Of a stretch of DNA of 64,000 nucleotides, positions 1 to 32,079 are shown one piece after another. The stretch is from NCBI RefSeq assembly GCF_009914755.1, contig NC_060925.1. One strand, written 5' to 3'. Positions within the stretch are counted from its first letter, which is position 1. The number at the start of each line of letters is the position of its first letter. The notes under the pieces are model-generated. The model did no database searches, was not told the DNA's origin, and was given only the letters and a program-made list of their open reading frames with translations. The position numbers and the translations under genes were made by a program. This stretch comes from the human T2T-CHM13v2.0 reference genome, Homo sapiens.

Positions 1-623
1 TGTTTAACAGAGTTAAACATTTAACTGCCCTGATGCAGTGCCCCATGCAGGGGAATTCCCTCCCTCCCTCCCTTCCCACCTTCCCCAAGGCCAGGGAAGC
101 ACGAACTCTGGGAATGGGTCAGCCCCTCAGTGCAACCCAGGGCTCATGGCACCAACTGGTCATGGCACTTTCCCTGCTGTCCCTGGACCAAGCTCCACAG
201 TCCTCCGGGTACAGCACTCCCCAGGCAGCCACCATCGTCTGGAGGATGCTCACATGAATAAGGCTCATACCTCCCTGGCCCTGGGGGCTCCCACACCCAA
301 ATCTTCTATTGAGCTGATGTCTCCTGCAGCCCTAAATGGTCATGACTCAATGTGCTGTGTGCCTTGGGATGGCTGAGCTTCTCCTGGCCTCAGCTTCCTC
401 ATCCATAAATGAATTCTGGCAGATGCTCTCGGGGAGAGGCAGGGGGGATCCTGGAAAAGCACAAGCTTTAGGGTGGGCAGCTGGGGACACACCCAGGCAG
501 GTCATCTCTGAGCCTGTTTCTTCACATGTAACATGACAATAAAAATACATACTTTGTGGGAGTTATTTGTCTATTAGAAATTACATACATATGCCCACTG
601 TTTTTAAAAAATAGGACCATCTT

Positions 624-743
624 TTTTTTTTTTTTGAGACAGAGTCTCGCTCTGTCGCCCAGGCTGGAGTTCAGTGGCACGATCTTGGCTCACTGCAAGC
701 TCCACCTCCCTGGTTCACGCCATTCTCCTGCCTCAGCCTCCTG
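624..743 (-). mobile_element. 5'-truncated Alu (right arm only)
   Basis: TSD AAAAAT(A/G)GGACCATCTT on both sides. Confidence 0.9.
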
Positions 744-2456
744 AAAAATGGGACCATCTTACACGTACTGTTTGCCAATTTGCTTTTTCCATTTACAACA
801 CACTTAGCAGAGCCTAGGCAGGTTACTTAGCATTTCTGGAAGACTAAAAGAGATGATGTAGAAAGTGCCAAGCACGGTGCCTGGTCCACAGGTGGCTGAA
901 GTATCAGTCCCCACCCATTCCCTTGTTGACCTGCTCTACCTACAGCCAGGCAACCCTTTGCCGTGGATCTCTGGCCTCCAGCACTTGCAGCTTATCTGTG
1001 TGCCACCCGCTTGTGCAGGCCCACCCTGCTGGTAAGGCCACCCTGCTGGTGAGGCCACTCTGCAGGGAGGAAACTGGGGCTAAAGAGCCTCTTTGCCCAA
1101 ATTAGTTTTGGTGTGGATGGTATGGGGCAGGGCAAAAAACACTCACGCTGGCCTCTGCCTGCTAATGTGAACAGGGGAACCCAGCAGGAAACAGAGCAAC
1201 CTGATCTAACCCCAGGTGAGGTGTGTCACATACCTGGCAGTGGCAGCAGCTGCATAATGAAAGTGAGACTTAGGGCCACCTGGATACAGGCGCTCCTGGT
1301 GCTCACTGATGCATCAGGAGCCATGCAGAGAAGCCCAGGACATGGGAAAGAACCCAGATAGTCTGTCTCTTCCAGGCACACACCAGCTGAGGAGGCCAGG
1401 TGGCTGCATGAGCTCCAGTCCACCCCAGCCCTTGACTGCAAGCCACTTCCTATCTCTGGGCCTCCTCTGTGAAATGGGGGTAGGCTGCTTCTCACAGGAT
1501 TGCAGCAATGTTTACACGGGGCAGTGCCTGCAGAGGGCCCATCACAGGGCCTGGCACACAGGGACAAATTCCTGAATGCTTAGAAACAGAAATGTTTGGA
1601 AGCAATGCTTCTAAAATGAAATGCCCAGATGTCTAATGGCATCCACCACTCTGCCCCAGCCCTGTTCCCTCAGGTATCAGGGTCTTGCTCACTGGGGCAC
1701 TTGGCAAATATCCCTCTGCTGCTGATTCTTGGAGGGCCTTTGGGTAAGGCTCTCTGTGCCTCACAGTCTTCTCCTTGGGAAATAAGGGAATCAGATCAGG
1801 TCTCCAAATATTTCAAAAGCTGGGCAAACCCCTCTGCCAAATCATAATCTTAGGGAGCATCTAATACATCAAATGGATGGCAGCAGAGCCACTTTGGGTA
1901 CAGTGGGGGTGGTGACTCCCCTTGGTCCCATCCCTCCTCAGCTTTCCTACCCCTGAGAGCCTCAAGGGAACACCTCAGAGCAGCTGGAAAGCTCTGGTCT
2001 AGATGTCCTTGCTAGGTGACTTGGTGCTAGGTGACACACACTGTCTGGGCTTTGGCCTCAGGCAGATCCAGGGGCCCAGGAGGGCCAGAGCACTTCAGCT
2101 CAATGTCCGGTATTGCCACTGCTGTTCCAGGACCTCCAGCACTTACCGCAGTGTCCCACAGGGAGCAATGTTTGCATAGTGCTAAAGTCTGCAGACTGAT
2201 ATGTCAGGGAACCGACACTGAACCAGGAGTCAGAAGCTGGAATTTAAATCTGTTCTGTGCTAGCTGTGTGTCTTCAGAGAAGTCTCTTTCCCTTTCTGGG
2301 CCTCATTTCCTTATTTGTAGAGAGGATTGTACCGGATGATTTTATAGCCCTTCACAACTTTAAAATGTTTTAAGTATGTATATAGGTATAGATTAAGAGT
2401 CTTAAGGGATGCCTATCCTTTGATCTGCGATTTTATGTTAAGATATTACTCCAATT

Positions 2457-4445
<1,989 letters not shown>

Positions 4446-4637
4446 CAATAAGAAAATAAATAAATAAAAATAAATAGGTCTCGAAGAATGCACACAAAAC
4501 TGTTATACGTAAGTGGTTACACCCTGGCGTAAAGAGATGCACTTTAACTTTTTCTTTATATATTTCAGCATTGTTACATTACTTTTATAATTTAAAAACT
4601 TTCAAAAAAATCCATACAGAGAAAGAGGAAATAAATA

Positions 4638-4958
4638 CAGATGTCTCTCAGTATCCATGGGGGATTTGTTCCAGGATCCCCCAAAATCCATGAATGCTCA
4701 AGTCCCTTACGTAAAATGATTTAGTATTTGCATATAACCCTATGCACATCCTCCTGTATACTTTAAATCATCTCTAGATTTCTCACAATACTTAATACAA
4801 TGTAAATGCTATGTAACAGTTAAGGAATAATGACAAGAAAAAAAGTCTGTCCATGTTCATTTCAGATGAAACCATCCGTTTTTTGGCCCCTGAACGCTTT
4901 CAATCTGCAGTTGGTTGAATCCACTGTTGTGGGACCCACAGATACAAGGGGCCAACTG
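4638..4958. mobile_element. MER2-type DNA transposon fossil
   Basis: TA|CAG...TCAGTATCCATGGGGGATT.GTTCCAGGA...CAACTG. Confidence 0.75.
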
Positions 4959-5511
4959 TGTACCAAACACATTAGCAACACTGGCTTTGGGACATATTTA
5001 CAGGTGGAGTCTTTTCTTTCCTTTTTACTTGTTTGTACCTTCCAAGTCTCTTACAATAAGCACAAATCCTTTCTAAATGGAGAAAAAACTGCTAATAAAA
5101 ATTGCATGGTATATGTGGAAGGAATGTCAATCTAGATTCCAAGGCATCAAATCGATTACTCGAATCTTGTGGAAGTTTACATTACCTCTTTTAAGTGTTG
5201 GGATTACAGGTGTGAGCCACTGTGCCCAGCCTACATTACCTCTTGAAGACTCAGTTTCCTCATCTATAAAATGGGTTTGCTATAAGGACCAAAGATTACA
5301 TCCACTAAGAGACAAGCACATCCCAGGCAGGTGGTAGGGGCAGAGTAGATGAAAGCTTCCATCACTGTCTAATACATTTCTGATGATAGATCCTGTTGCC
5401 TGTACCCCAGGTGGGTTGACCCAGGCAGCAGCCTTGAAGAGGTGGCTGCCAGGGTCAGGATAGGGGAACCGGCTCAGTCCTAGCACACTCATGCCTCCCC
5501 AGTCTTGGTCA

Positions 5512-5898
<387 letters not shown>

Positions 5899-7318
5899 TC
5901 ACTCTCTTGTATAAACCCAAACAATGAGCTTTACAAACTGTGCTTGCTGGGCTTTAGTTTCCTCCCTGCAGCTTCGACATGACATGGAACCTAATACTGC
6001 CCTCTGTCTCAGGGACCCTCACTGAGAGAGCATCCTCCTTCTCCCATCTAGGCACAGCCCCTGACCCAGAGGCTATTCAGGAAAAAGCTGGGACTGGCAC
6101 TGCTGCCCAACGACCCACAATGGCAGGGGCATTGCACAAGGGCAGGAGTCCAAGGCCAGGCCTTGACACCCTTTAGTGGGTGTCAGGCAGTGTAGCTGGG
6201 GAACATTAAAATGCCTCCCTTCTGAACCATTACTAAAATTTACAAGGCCTTTCCCAGTCCATCGGCTTGTGGGATCCACCCCCGACAGAGCCCAGGGAGA
6301 GCGCTAGCACCCCCTTATGACAAGTAAAGAAACTGAGTCTCTCAGAGCTGCCATGACTCACCAAAGTCTTCCCAGAAAAGTCAGCTGCAGCAATGCCAGG
6401 GCTCAGGCAAGACCACCTAACTCCCCGGCCAGCGTTTTTCCTACAACACCTCATCTGCTTCCATAAATCAATGTCCAACCTCATCATTTTATTGTTTTGA
6501 CATTTGTCTTGGACACAGACAACTGACTTTTCCTTGGCCATTCTGATTGGGATTCTTCAGTTCTAGTAAAGAAAGCTCTTTTGAAAAAGTCCAGCCATGT
6601 CTTGCCTTTACTAAGAGGACAGCCCTGTGCAGTCTCCACAAAACCTGAATGCTCTTGGTGGTGGGCACAGTGAATGCAGCAGGGCAGGAGAGCTGGAGCA
6701 AGGAGGCTCTGCAGCAGGCTGGCAGAAACCTCAGGAACAGCAGCACTACGCTCACCAATTCCCCCTTGGGCCCACAGCTAATCACATTCTCCTGGCCATG
6801 GCAGTGAAGATGACACACTTGCTGCATGCTGAGCTCTATGCAAGGAGCTTCCCATACAGGACCTACTTATTCCTCTCAACCACATATTTGTCAGTGAGGA
6901 ACCTGGGCCTCAGAGAAGGGAAAGAATTCACAAATGTCAGTCTCCTTTCTCTGCCGATAATAAATAGGTCAAAAGACAGGGCCCCGCAAGCGTTCAGGAA
7001 AGCAGGATGAATTGATGTGAATCTTGCTAGGGGTATCTCTCATCCAAGACCAGTGCTGCCAAGCTGGGAGTCTTTCCTTGGGCCCTCTTCTGTGAAGTGA
7101 AGGAGTCGGGTGGCTCCCTGAAATACCCACTTCAACAGGACCAACTGTCCCTCCCATCCCAGGGGTCCCTCACACCTGCCAGGACAGATCCGAGGTTATT
7201 TAAAGTGTCACTCCTATCCCACCCCTTAGGTAAAACGCTTTAAATGTTTGAATCCCAGTTTGGGTGGTAGAAGTGTTTCTTATTTTTCTAAAACATCCTC
7301 TCTAATCACTTTTACTTA

Positions 7319-8816
<1,498 letters not shown>

Positions 8817-9279
8817 TACCTCACAGTGTTAAGACACACAGCTTTGATGCCAAGGCCTGACTTCCTCTCCAGAGAGGCAGGATGGCATAATGAACGGCTA
8901 AGGGACCTGGGAGCCTGATTACTGGGGTGTGAGTCCCAGCTGTGTGACCTATGGCAAATAATCTCTCTGAGCTTTAGTTTCCTATCTATAAAATAGGGAT
9001 AATAATCCTTCTATTATTTAATAATAATCTATAAAATAGGGATAATAAACCTCCCTCATTAGGTTGTTGAAGGATAACATGCATGCCTTAATATATATAA
9101 TGGATTTACAACATTGCCTAAGCTCATATAAGGGGCTACACAAATTTTTGTTTACAGATATAGACCCAGACTGAACAGGTACTGGGAATGAAGCACACCT
9201 AGAGGAGCCACCTCCCTGACCTCAGGATCCTTAATGCCCAGAGCAGGCTGGCATGGACATCTCCCATTGCTGAACTCAC

Positions 9280-9398
9280 CGGAGTGCATCGCACAAAGCT
9301 GCCATCAGCCAGGACCAGCTCGTAAGCAGTGCAGATGTGTTGGAACAGGCCGTACTTGTGGGATGATGACTCGATGCCTGTGCCCATGATCAAGCCCC
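9280..9398 (-). CDS. DHCR24: DHCR24 coding exon 4 (119 nt, phase 1-0; FAD-binding domain)
   Basis: Acceptor ctgcag|GG, donor CCG|gtgagt; [39 protein letters not shown]. Confidence 0.99.
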
Positions 9399-9982
9399 CT
9401 GCAGAGACATCACACACAGTGTCAGCAGGGAGAGCTGTGGGTACAGGGTTGGGGGTGGGTTGGAGCTGGGGGGCCTCCTAGCATGAGGGAGGTTTGGCAG
9501 GCTAGCAGAAATGGGGCTGTTGACTTAGGGGAGATTTCCCACCTGTCAATCTAGAGAGCAGGAGAGGGAAGGAGGGGCTCAGATGGGAGCATGAGGGTGT
9601 CCTTAGAGGAAGGGAGTGGTGAGCAGACCTTGTCAAGTGTACTCACACCTCACCTCTGGCCAGACTCAACCTAGAAATCTGTGTGCATTCATCTTGAGAG
9701 GGACTTTAATGAAAAGGGGGGTTGAAGGGGTGACAGGAAGCCCTGTCCCATGGGAATAGTTAAAAGAACTGAAGGTGTTTTCCCTGAAGAAGAAGAGGCT
9801 TTGGGGGCTATGAATCCTATGGGAGGAGAAGAGAGACTATACTTATTCTGTGTGTTCCATGGGGTGGAATTGGAGCAATGGGAACAAGTCACAGGGAAGC
9901 AGATTCAAACCAGAAATTAAAAGTGCCTTCTGATAACTTGAGCTGCTCAGAAATGGAACAGCAGGCAGTGAACACCCTGTCA

Positions 9983-10360
<378 letters not shown>

Positions 10361-10509
10361 TTACAGGCTCTTTCTAGAACATTGCCTTTAATTACAGGGA
10401 ATGTGATTTCTGGCTCTCGGTTAGCTAGGGTTCAACCTCGCCCTTCAAGTATCTTTATACTAAATATTTGACTTAACCTTTTCTAAATTACAGGAGAAAT
10501 ACTCATTCA

Positions 10510-10908
<399 letters not shown>

Positions 10909-10949
10909 TTACTTTGGTTTTTTTTTCCCCACACATACTGTATTGGTAC

Positions 10950-11397
10950 TGTGAACCGCAAATATCAGAGACAGGTCTCAGTTAATCCAGAAAGTTTATC
11001 TTGCCAAGATTGAGGATGTGCGCCTCTGATACAGCCTCAGTACGTCCTGACAACATGTGCCCAAGGAGGCTGGTGCACAGCTTGATCTTACACATTTTAG
11101 GGAGACAGAACACATCAATCAATATATGTAAGAAGTATAGTGGTTCTGTCCAGGAAGGCGGGGACAACTTGAAGCAGGGAGAGGGCTTGCGGTCACAGGT
11201 AGATAAGAGACAAATGGCTGCATTCTTTTCAGTTTCTGATAAGCCTTTCCAAAGGAGCTAATCAGAATATGCATCTATCTCAGTGAGCAGAGGGATGACT
11301 TTGAATAGAATGCGGAAGCAGGTTTGTCCTGAGCAGTTCCCAGCTTGACTTTTCCCTTAGTTTAGTAATTTGGGGGCCCCAAGATTTTCCTTTCACA
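10950..11397 (-). mobile_element. MER4A1-like solo LTR in DHCR24 intron 2
   Basis: TGTGAAAGGAAAATCTTGGGGCCCC...GGTTCACA termini; homologous to the copy at 40193. Confidence 0.85.
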
Positions 11398-11549
11398 CTA
11401 TTTTGTATGTTTTAAACACAACACACACAAACCAAAAGCATAACTCATTTTCTGTTTTGCCTTTTTAAAATTTAACACTATACTATGACCATCATCTCTT
11501 ATCATTACACATTCTTGGAACACATGATTTTTAATGTATACATCCCTTG

Positions 11550-17165
<5,616 letters not shown>

Positions 17166-17552
17166 AATGGCACAGAGAGATTAAGTAACTTGGCCAAGGT
17201 CTCACAATAATAACAAAATGCCATCAAGTAGACATACCATATTTAATGACTACCCTATTATTGGATATTGTGTTGTTGTCAATTAGAAATAAAGCTGTGA
17301 TATAATCACTCTGTGTTGGGTATCTTTATACTGAAGCCTATTTCCTTTTTCCTTAAGCCAGGTTTCGAGAAGTAAAATTACTAGATGGGCCAAAAAGTAT
17401 GTACATTTCGAAGGCTATTAAACAAGAGGGTTTCCAGGAAGCTTGTAACAAGACCCATGTCTCTCAGTCACTTCTGTAGCCCATTTTTTACCAGCACACT
17501 TCCTTATCAGGAAGGGGTAAGTAGATTCCTTTTTGCCTCTCATTTTTGCTCA

Positions 17553-18176
<624 letters not shown>

Positions 18177-20832
18177 CTAGAAGAGAGGATCGAAGTGTTC
18201 TGAAAACATTAACTCTAGCTGGGAAGTTCAGAAAAGGTTTTGTAATGGTGATAATAGCAAGTATAAAAATGAGGACCATTTACTGGGTATTCCCAACACA
18301 CTAGGCATCTACTGCACACTGTCTTGTGTAATTCCTACAACAGTCCCAGGAAGTTACGATGACACCCTTTTTTTGAGGATAAGGAAACTCAAAAGCAAAA
18401 TAACTTGTCCAAAGTCACACAATTGGTAAATGGCAGAGCTGAGATTCATAGCCAGGACTGTTTGACTTCAGGACAGGAAAGATAGATGGAGTTGTGGTAA
18501 CAGTTCACAGGGTAATAGCTAACACGTGTGGAGGCTTATCACATGCCAAGGCCTGTTTAAACATTTGTATATGTTAACTCATGCATCACTTTGAGGGGAA
18601 GAGGAGGAGCAGGGAAGGACCACCAAGCCAATGGAAGGAAGAGGTTTTACAAAACCTCTAAGGTAAGTGACCAGAGCACAAAACACAGAACAAATGGCCC
18701 ATGGATGACAAGCCCATCAGAAATGCAGGAGGAAGTGTTTCTTTTCTGCTGAGATAGACAAGTGCAGGGGGGGTGGATATTTGTCATTTTGACCTGTGAC
18801 CATCCATTTCCTCTTCATCCACTTCTAACAATCCCCATCTTCCTTTGGTCCAAGTGAGACTGATTCTACTCCCCTACCCCAGGAGGTGGGTACATGACTG
18901 AGGACTGATTCTATACTTCTGGCCAGAGACAGATTAATGACATCTCATTAAGTCAAGCCAATGAGACCAGTTCCAGGACAGCCACTCTCTCTTTACTGGG
19001 GTCGCTAAGCCGGTTGGATATGAGCCAGAAACTGTTGGGGCCTCTGCAGGGAGAGAGGCTCCAGAGAATGAAGTCAACCTAGAAAAGCAGGGCCAACAGA
19101 TGGCAGAGGGATGGACAGATGGAGATGGGGGACAGAGGATCCTGGATCCAGCCATGCCTGATCCAGTTGTACTCCCAGACTTTTCAGGACCTGAGCCAAT
19201 AAAATCCCTTTTTGCTCAAGTCAGTTTGAATTGAGCTTCTTTCACTTGCAACCAAAAGTCTGGTCAAATACTGGTCAGGTCTCCTGGAGAAGGCTGCACT
19301 GGAGCTGGCTAGGCAAACAGCTCAACACGGGGAAGGACTTTTCTTTGATCAGAGGCCAGGGCAGGTATTAAGGAAGAGATTCCTGTGATTTGGGGGAAAA
19401 GGGATGATAGGTAGGATTCCACGACCAACCAGGTCTCGTCCCTGCCTGAATCTGCAGCCACGGAGTTTGACACAAGCCCAGAGATGGGAGGGAGTGATTA
19501 GGGGTGCTGCACTGAAGCTGGAGGCCAAACAGAGAGCCCAGAAAAAAGGGCAACTAGGTCAGACAGCTATTACAAGCCAGGTGTGAGGCAACTGAACCAG
19601 ACCTGTAGGGGGGAAGGGAAAGCCTGGGAAAGAAGAAATGTCAGAGTTCAGGCTCTGAAATCGAGCTAACCTAGGTTCTAGCCCCATTTACTGACTAGTC
19701 TTCCTGAGCACATGACTCACACTCTGAAACTCAATTTTCCCTGTTTGTAAGATAGGCACAAGATCTACCAGGGTTGCTGTGAGGATGGCAATGGCACATG
19801 GCAGGTCTGGGGTAGAGGCTAGTCCAGCTGGGCCCCTGTTTTCCTGCTCACAGTGAATCTTGTGGCTTAGCCAAGATTAATAGGCACTCGCTAGGCTGTT
19901 TTGAGCCAGGCCCTATGGGCCACAGGCGAGTCACATAACAGTCCCTGCATTCTAGGAGCTCACAGTCTGACAGGGGAGACAAGCAGGTAAATGGAGAATT
20001 TGAACTCGAGAAAAGAGCTAGGAAACAGGGTGCAGGTGGGGAGGGAGGACACGCAGAGGCTCTGGAGCCATGACTGTGACCAGCAAAATCCAGAGCTACA
20101 GGGCAAAGCACTTCCAGACACTGCGTTCTCCCACCAGGCCCCAGGTCTTATGCCTCATGGGAACGTCTCTCCGCATCCATCTTCATGCTCTTGCCTGAAG
20201 CACCCAGCGCGGAGCAAGCAGAATATGGAGGCTGCTACACCTACGGAAGGGTGGCAGCAGGAAACAGAAGCTCTCTGCAACCTGATGCCAACAAGAGAGG
20301 AACATAAAGAGAAGCAGAGGGAGTCAAGAAACTGCCCAAGTCCCTGGATGCAGAGGAGGCTCCACTGTGAGCCACAGCAGGTCACAGGCTCCGTGGGTGC
20401 CTGAGGAACTGAGAGATGGACCGACTGCCTTTGTCAAGGAGTGAGCCCTCCGTCAGCAGAGGCTGTGAGGTTCTTCCCTCCCGCTTCTGGGCTGGGTTCT
20501 ACCTTCTTGCTTTAGTCTTCTATCCTAAACCCAATCAAAAGCGTCTTGCTGTACAAAATAAAGTCCAAACTCGGCCTTGGCATCAAGGCCCCTCTCCAGC
20601 CTAGCACCAAACGGACTTTTCCGACGTTCTCCCGCCCCTGCCCTGCACTTGTCGGCTTCCCAGCATTTGCTCACACCAGTCCCTCCACCCACACACCTTC
20701 CCCCAATCATTTCCCATACTTCCCAATCTCTAGACCCAGCTCCACCTCCCGGAAGCCTTTCCTTCTCTGAAATGCTTGGGCCGGGTGAGAGTTACCTGAG
20801 TGCTTCGCACCTCCCCCTCTTCCCCTTCTTCA

Positions 20833-22160
<1,328 letters not shown>

Positions 22161-23434
22161 AAAGCAGATGGCCCTGCCCTCACTCAGCAACCAGTGTAGG
22201 GGAGCTGCCACGGTTACCAGCAAAAGCTGAAATCCAGCGCCATTTGCATTTCATATGGAATTTTAGGAAGTTTTCGAGATGTTTTAGTTTAGAAGCTAAA
22301 CATGACATACCAGGTTCTTCTCTGTCTGGCCTTGCATACCTATCCAGTTCCCTCTCCATTCATCTCTGCCCTGACATGCACTCAGGAGGCTCCCTGGGCC
22401 TCAGCATTCCTCATTTGCGCGCCTCTGGTCAAGCTAGTACCTCTGAATGCCCTTTCCCATCCCCTTCTCAGAGTTCACCTCACACATTCCGAAGCCAGCT
22501 CAGGGCCACCTCTGAAACATTTAGAGCACTCCCCTGCCCATCCAGATGCTCATTAAATAGTGTGCATCTCTGTCACCGTTCTTTCATGTTATTTTATAAT
22601 TGTCTCTTTATGTGTCTCTCACCCCCACAGACTGAGCCTTAGGGCAAACAATGTCTTGTTCACTTTTGTCCTTCCAGCTTCTAGCACGGTGCTTTGTGCA
22701 CAGTAAACACTCCAGCGGCTGTTGACCAATGAATGAATGAAGATTGTAGGCTCAAATATTCAAGTTATCAAAGTGCAAAGAATGAGAGGTTGTTTGCACT
22801 GGACTTAAAAAATAAATAGCCTGGACCTGTACTGTCTTATACAACAGCTATGAGCTACTGGTATGTGGCTAGTCCAAACTGAAATGCCCTTTAAGAGTAA
22901 AACACACACTGGATTTCAAAGACTTAGTACAAAGAAAAAATGCAAAATAGCTCATTAGTAATTTTTATGTTAATGACATGTTGAAATAACATTTTGATAT
23001 ATTAAGTAAAATATAGTATTAGAATTAATTTCACCTGTTTTATTTACTTTTTTAAGGTGGCTACTAGAAAATTTAAAATTACAGATTTGTCTTGTATTAC
23101 ATCTCTAGAAGCTCCAACCAACAGGGGGACAGTGAAGTATGAAGAGGAAAGCCAATGTGAAAAATGCCTCTCCCCGATTCTGTCTGACTCTGTTAAAGAG
23201 GGCTTTGCTTTAGAAGCTTAACCATTCTGATTATTTTGGGGGTGTGAGGTAATCTGGAAAGTAAAATTTACCTAAAAATTAACTGAAGAGTGTTGTGTAG
23301 GAGAAACAGTGGAAATTACTGGTTAATCAGAATAGTTTTATACTTGGGAAGAGAAGGATGGAGTCCCAGAAAGTAGATACAACTGATCTTTAGGAAACAA
23401 CTCCCAAAAAAGGAAAGGAATAAAAAAGTACTCA

Positions 23435-30703
<7,269 letters not shown>

Positions 30704-31296
30704 TAATTATGAGCTGTAAGGTTTCAAAGCATTTCAAATTTTCTCATGTAGTGAACAATCTCTGCTTTCTGAATTGAGTATACTCATTAACCAGGGCTTC
30801 AGGAGATGATCTATCAAGTGAGTAGCTCTGAAGCTGAAGTACCATTAATTTCATGTAAATACTTTTCTGTATATGCAGTTTCAATGACAGATAATAAACT
30901 GAGCTGGGTCTTAAATGACAGAGACTCAGTCCTTGCCAAAAGGACAGTCATGGACCAATGGGGAAGATATGAAAACAGCTAGCTATAAAGCAGGCAGTAT
31001 GAAGCACTAACAAACTGTACGAAAAATACAACCTTCACTAAAAATGCTGGGCATATCACATACATGTCATAATGGTATAAGATAGGCAATAATCCTTTCC
31101 ATAAATGTTCATCAAGTGACTATTATGTGTCTAGCACTGCTAGGCATAGATTGAGAGGAAATATGAGTATATTCAGCAGGACTTCTGTCCCATGGATCTT
31201 AATTTAGTAGGTAAGATGTGTATGCAGAAAAAGCAATGCCAATCACAGTAGTGGTAACAGGTCATATTTATTGAGCATGTCTTATTTGTCAGGCAC

Positions 31297-31765
31297 TGTG
31301 ATGATTAATTTTAGTGTCAACTTGACTGGGTTAGGGAATACCCAGATCGCCGATAAAGCAGAAGAGAACTAGCATTTGAATCAGTAGACCGAGCAAGGAA
31401 GATCCTCGGTATGGGTGGGCACCACCCAATTGGTTGAGGTCCCAGATAAAACAAAAAGGCAGAGGAAAGATGACTTTGCTCTCTCTTCTGGAGCTAGGAT
31501 ACCTATCTTCTTTTACTCTAGGTCCTCAGAAATTCAGGTTCTTCGGCTTTCAGATTGGGAAACTTACTGTGGCCCCCTGAGGTCCTTGAGCCTTTGGTTT
31601 TGGCCTAAGAGTTACACTATCAGCTTCCCTGGTTCTCAGGCCTTCAGACTTGAACTTGGAATGAGCGAAGCCACTGTTCCCTGGTTCTCCATCTTGTGGA
31701 CAGCATACCATGGGACTTCTCAGCCTCCATAATTGCATGAGCCAATTCCCATAATAAATCTCCTT

Positions 31766-31811
<46 letters not shown>

Positions 31812-31914
31812 GTCTGTCTATCTATCTATCTCTGTCTGTCGTCTGTCTATGTATCCATCCATTCATCCATCTATCCTATTGGTTCTGTTTCTCTATTGAA
31901 CCCTAACTAATACA
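31297..31914 (+). mobile_element. MLT2-type (ERVL) solo LTR splitting a MIR-like remnant
   Basis: TGTGATG.TTAATTTT...CTAATACA termini; 5-bp flanks GGCAC/AGCAC. Confidence 0.85.
31767..31875 (+). repeat. Compound (TATC)n/(TGTC)n/(CATC)n tetranucleotide microsatellite
   Basis: Direct reading. Confidence 0.97.
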
Positions 31915-32079
31915 AGCACAGTTCTAAATGCTTTACATTTAAATATAATACAATAATGTGATTAAATACAACAGTAAAAAGTAGAATGTGCTAAATATTA
32001 TACTTCCCAAGCTGTCCAATACTGAGTAAGTACTTAAAAGGAGGGAAAATCTTCTGACTCAATAATAACAGGTATTGAG

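Noticed and set aside
1-19. Inverted repeat TGTTTAAC-AGA-GTTAAACA
   Set aside because: An 8-bp arm match at the window edge is compatible with chance and has no supporting context.
1018-1068. 17-bp tandem repeat GGCCACCCTGCTGGT(A/G)A, about 3 copies
   Set aside because: Small local slippage duplication with no evidence of function.
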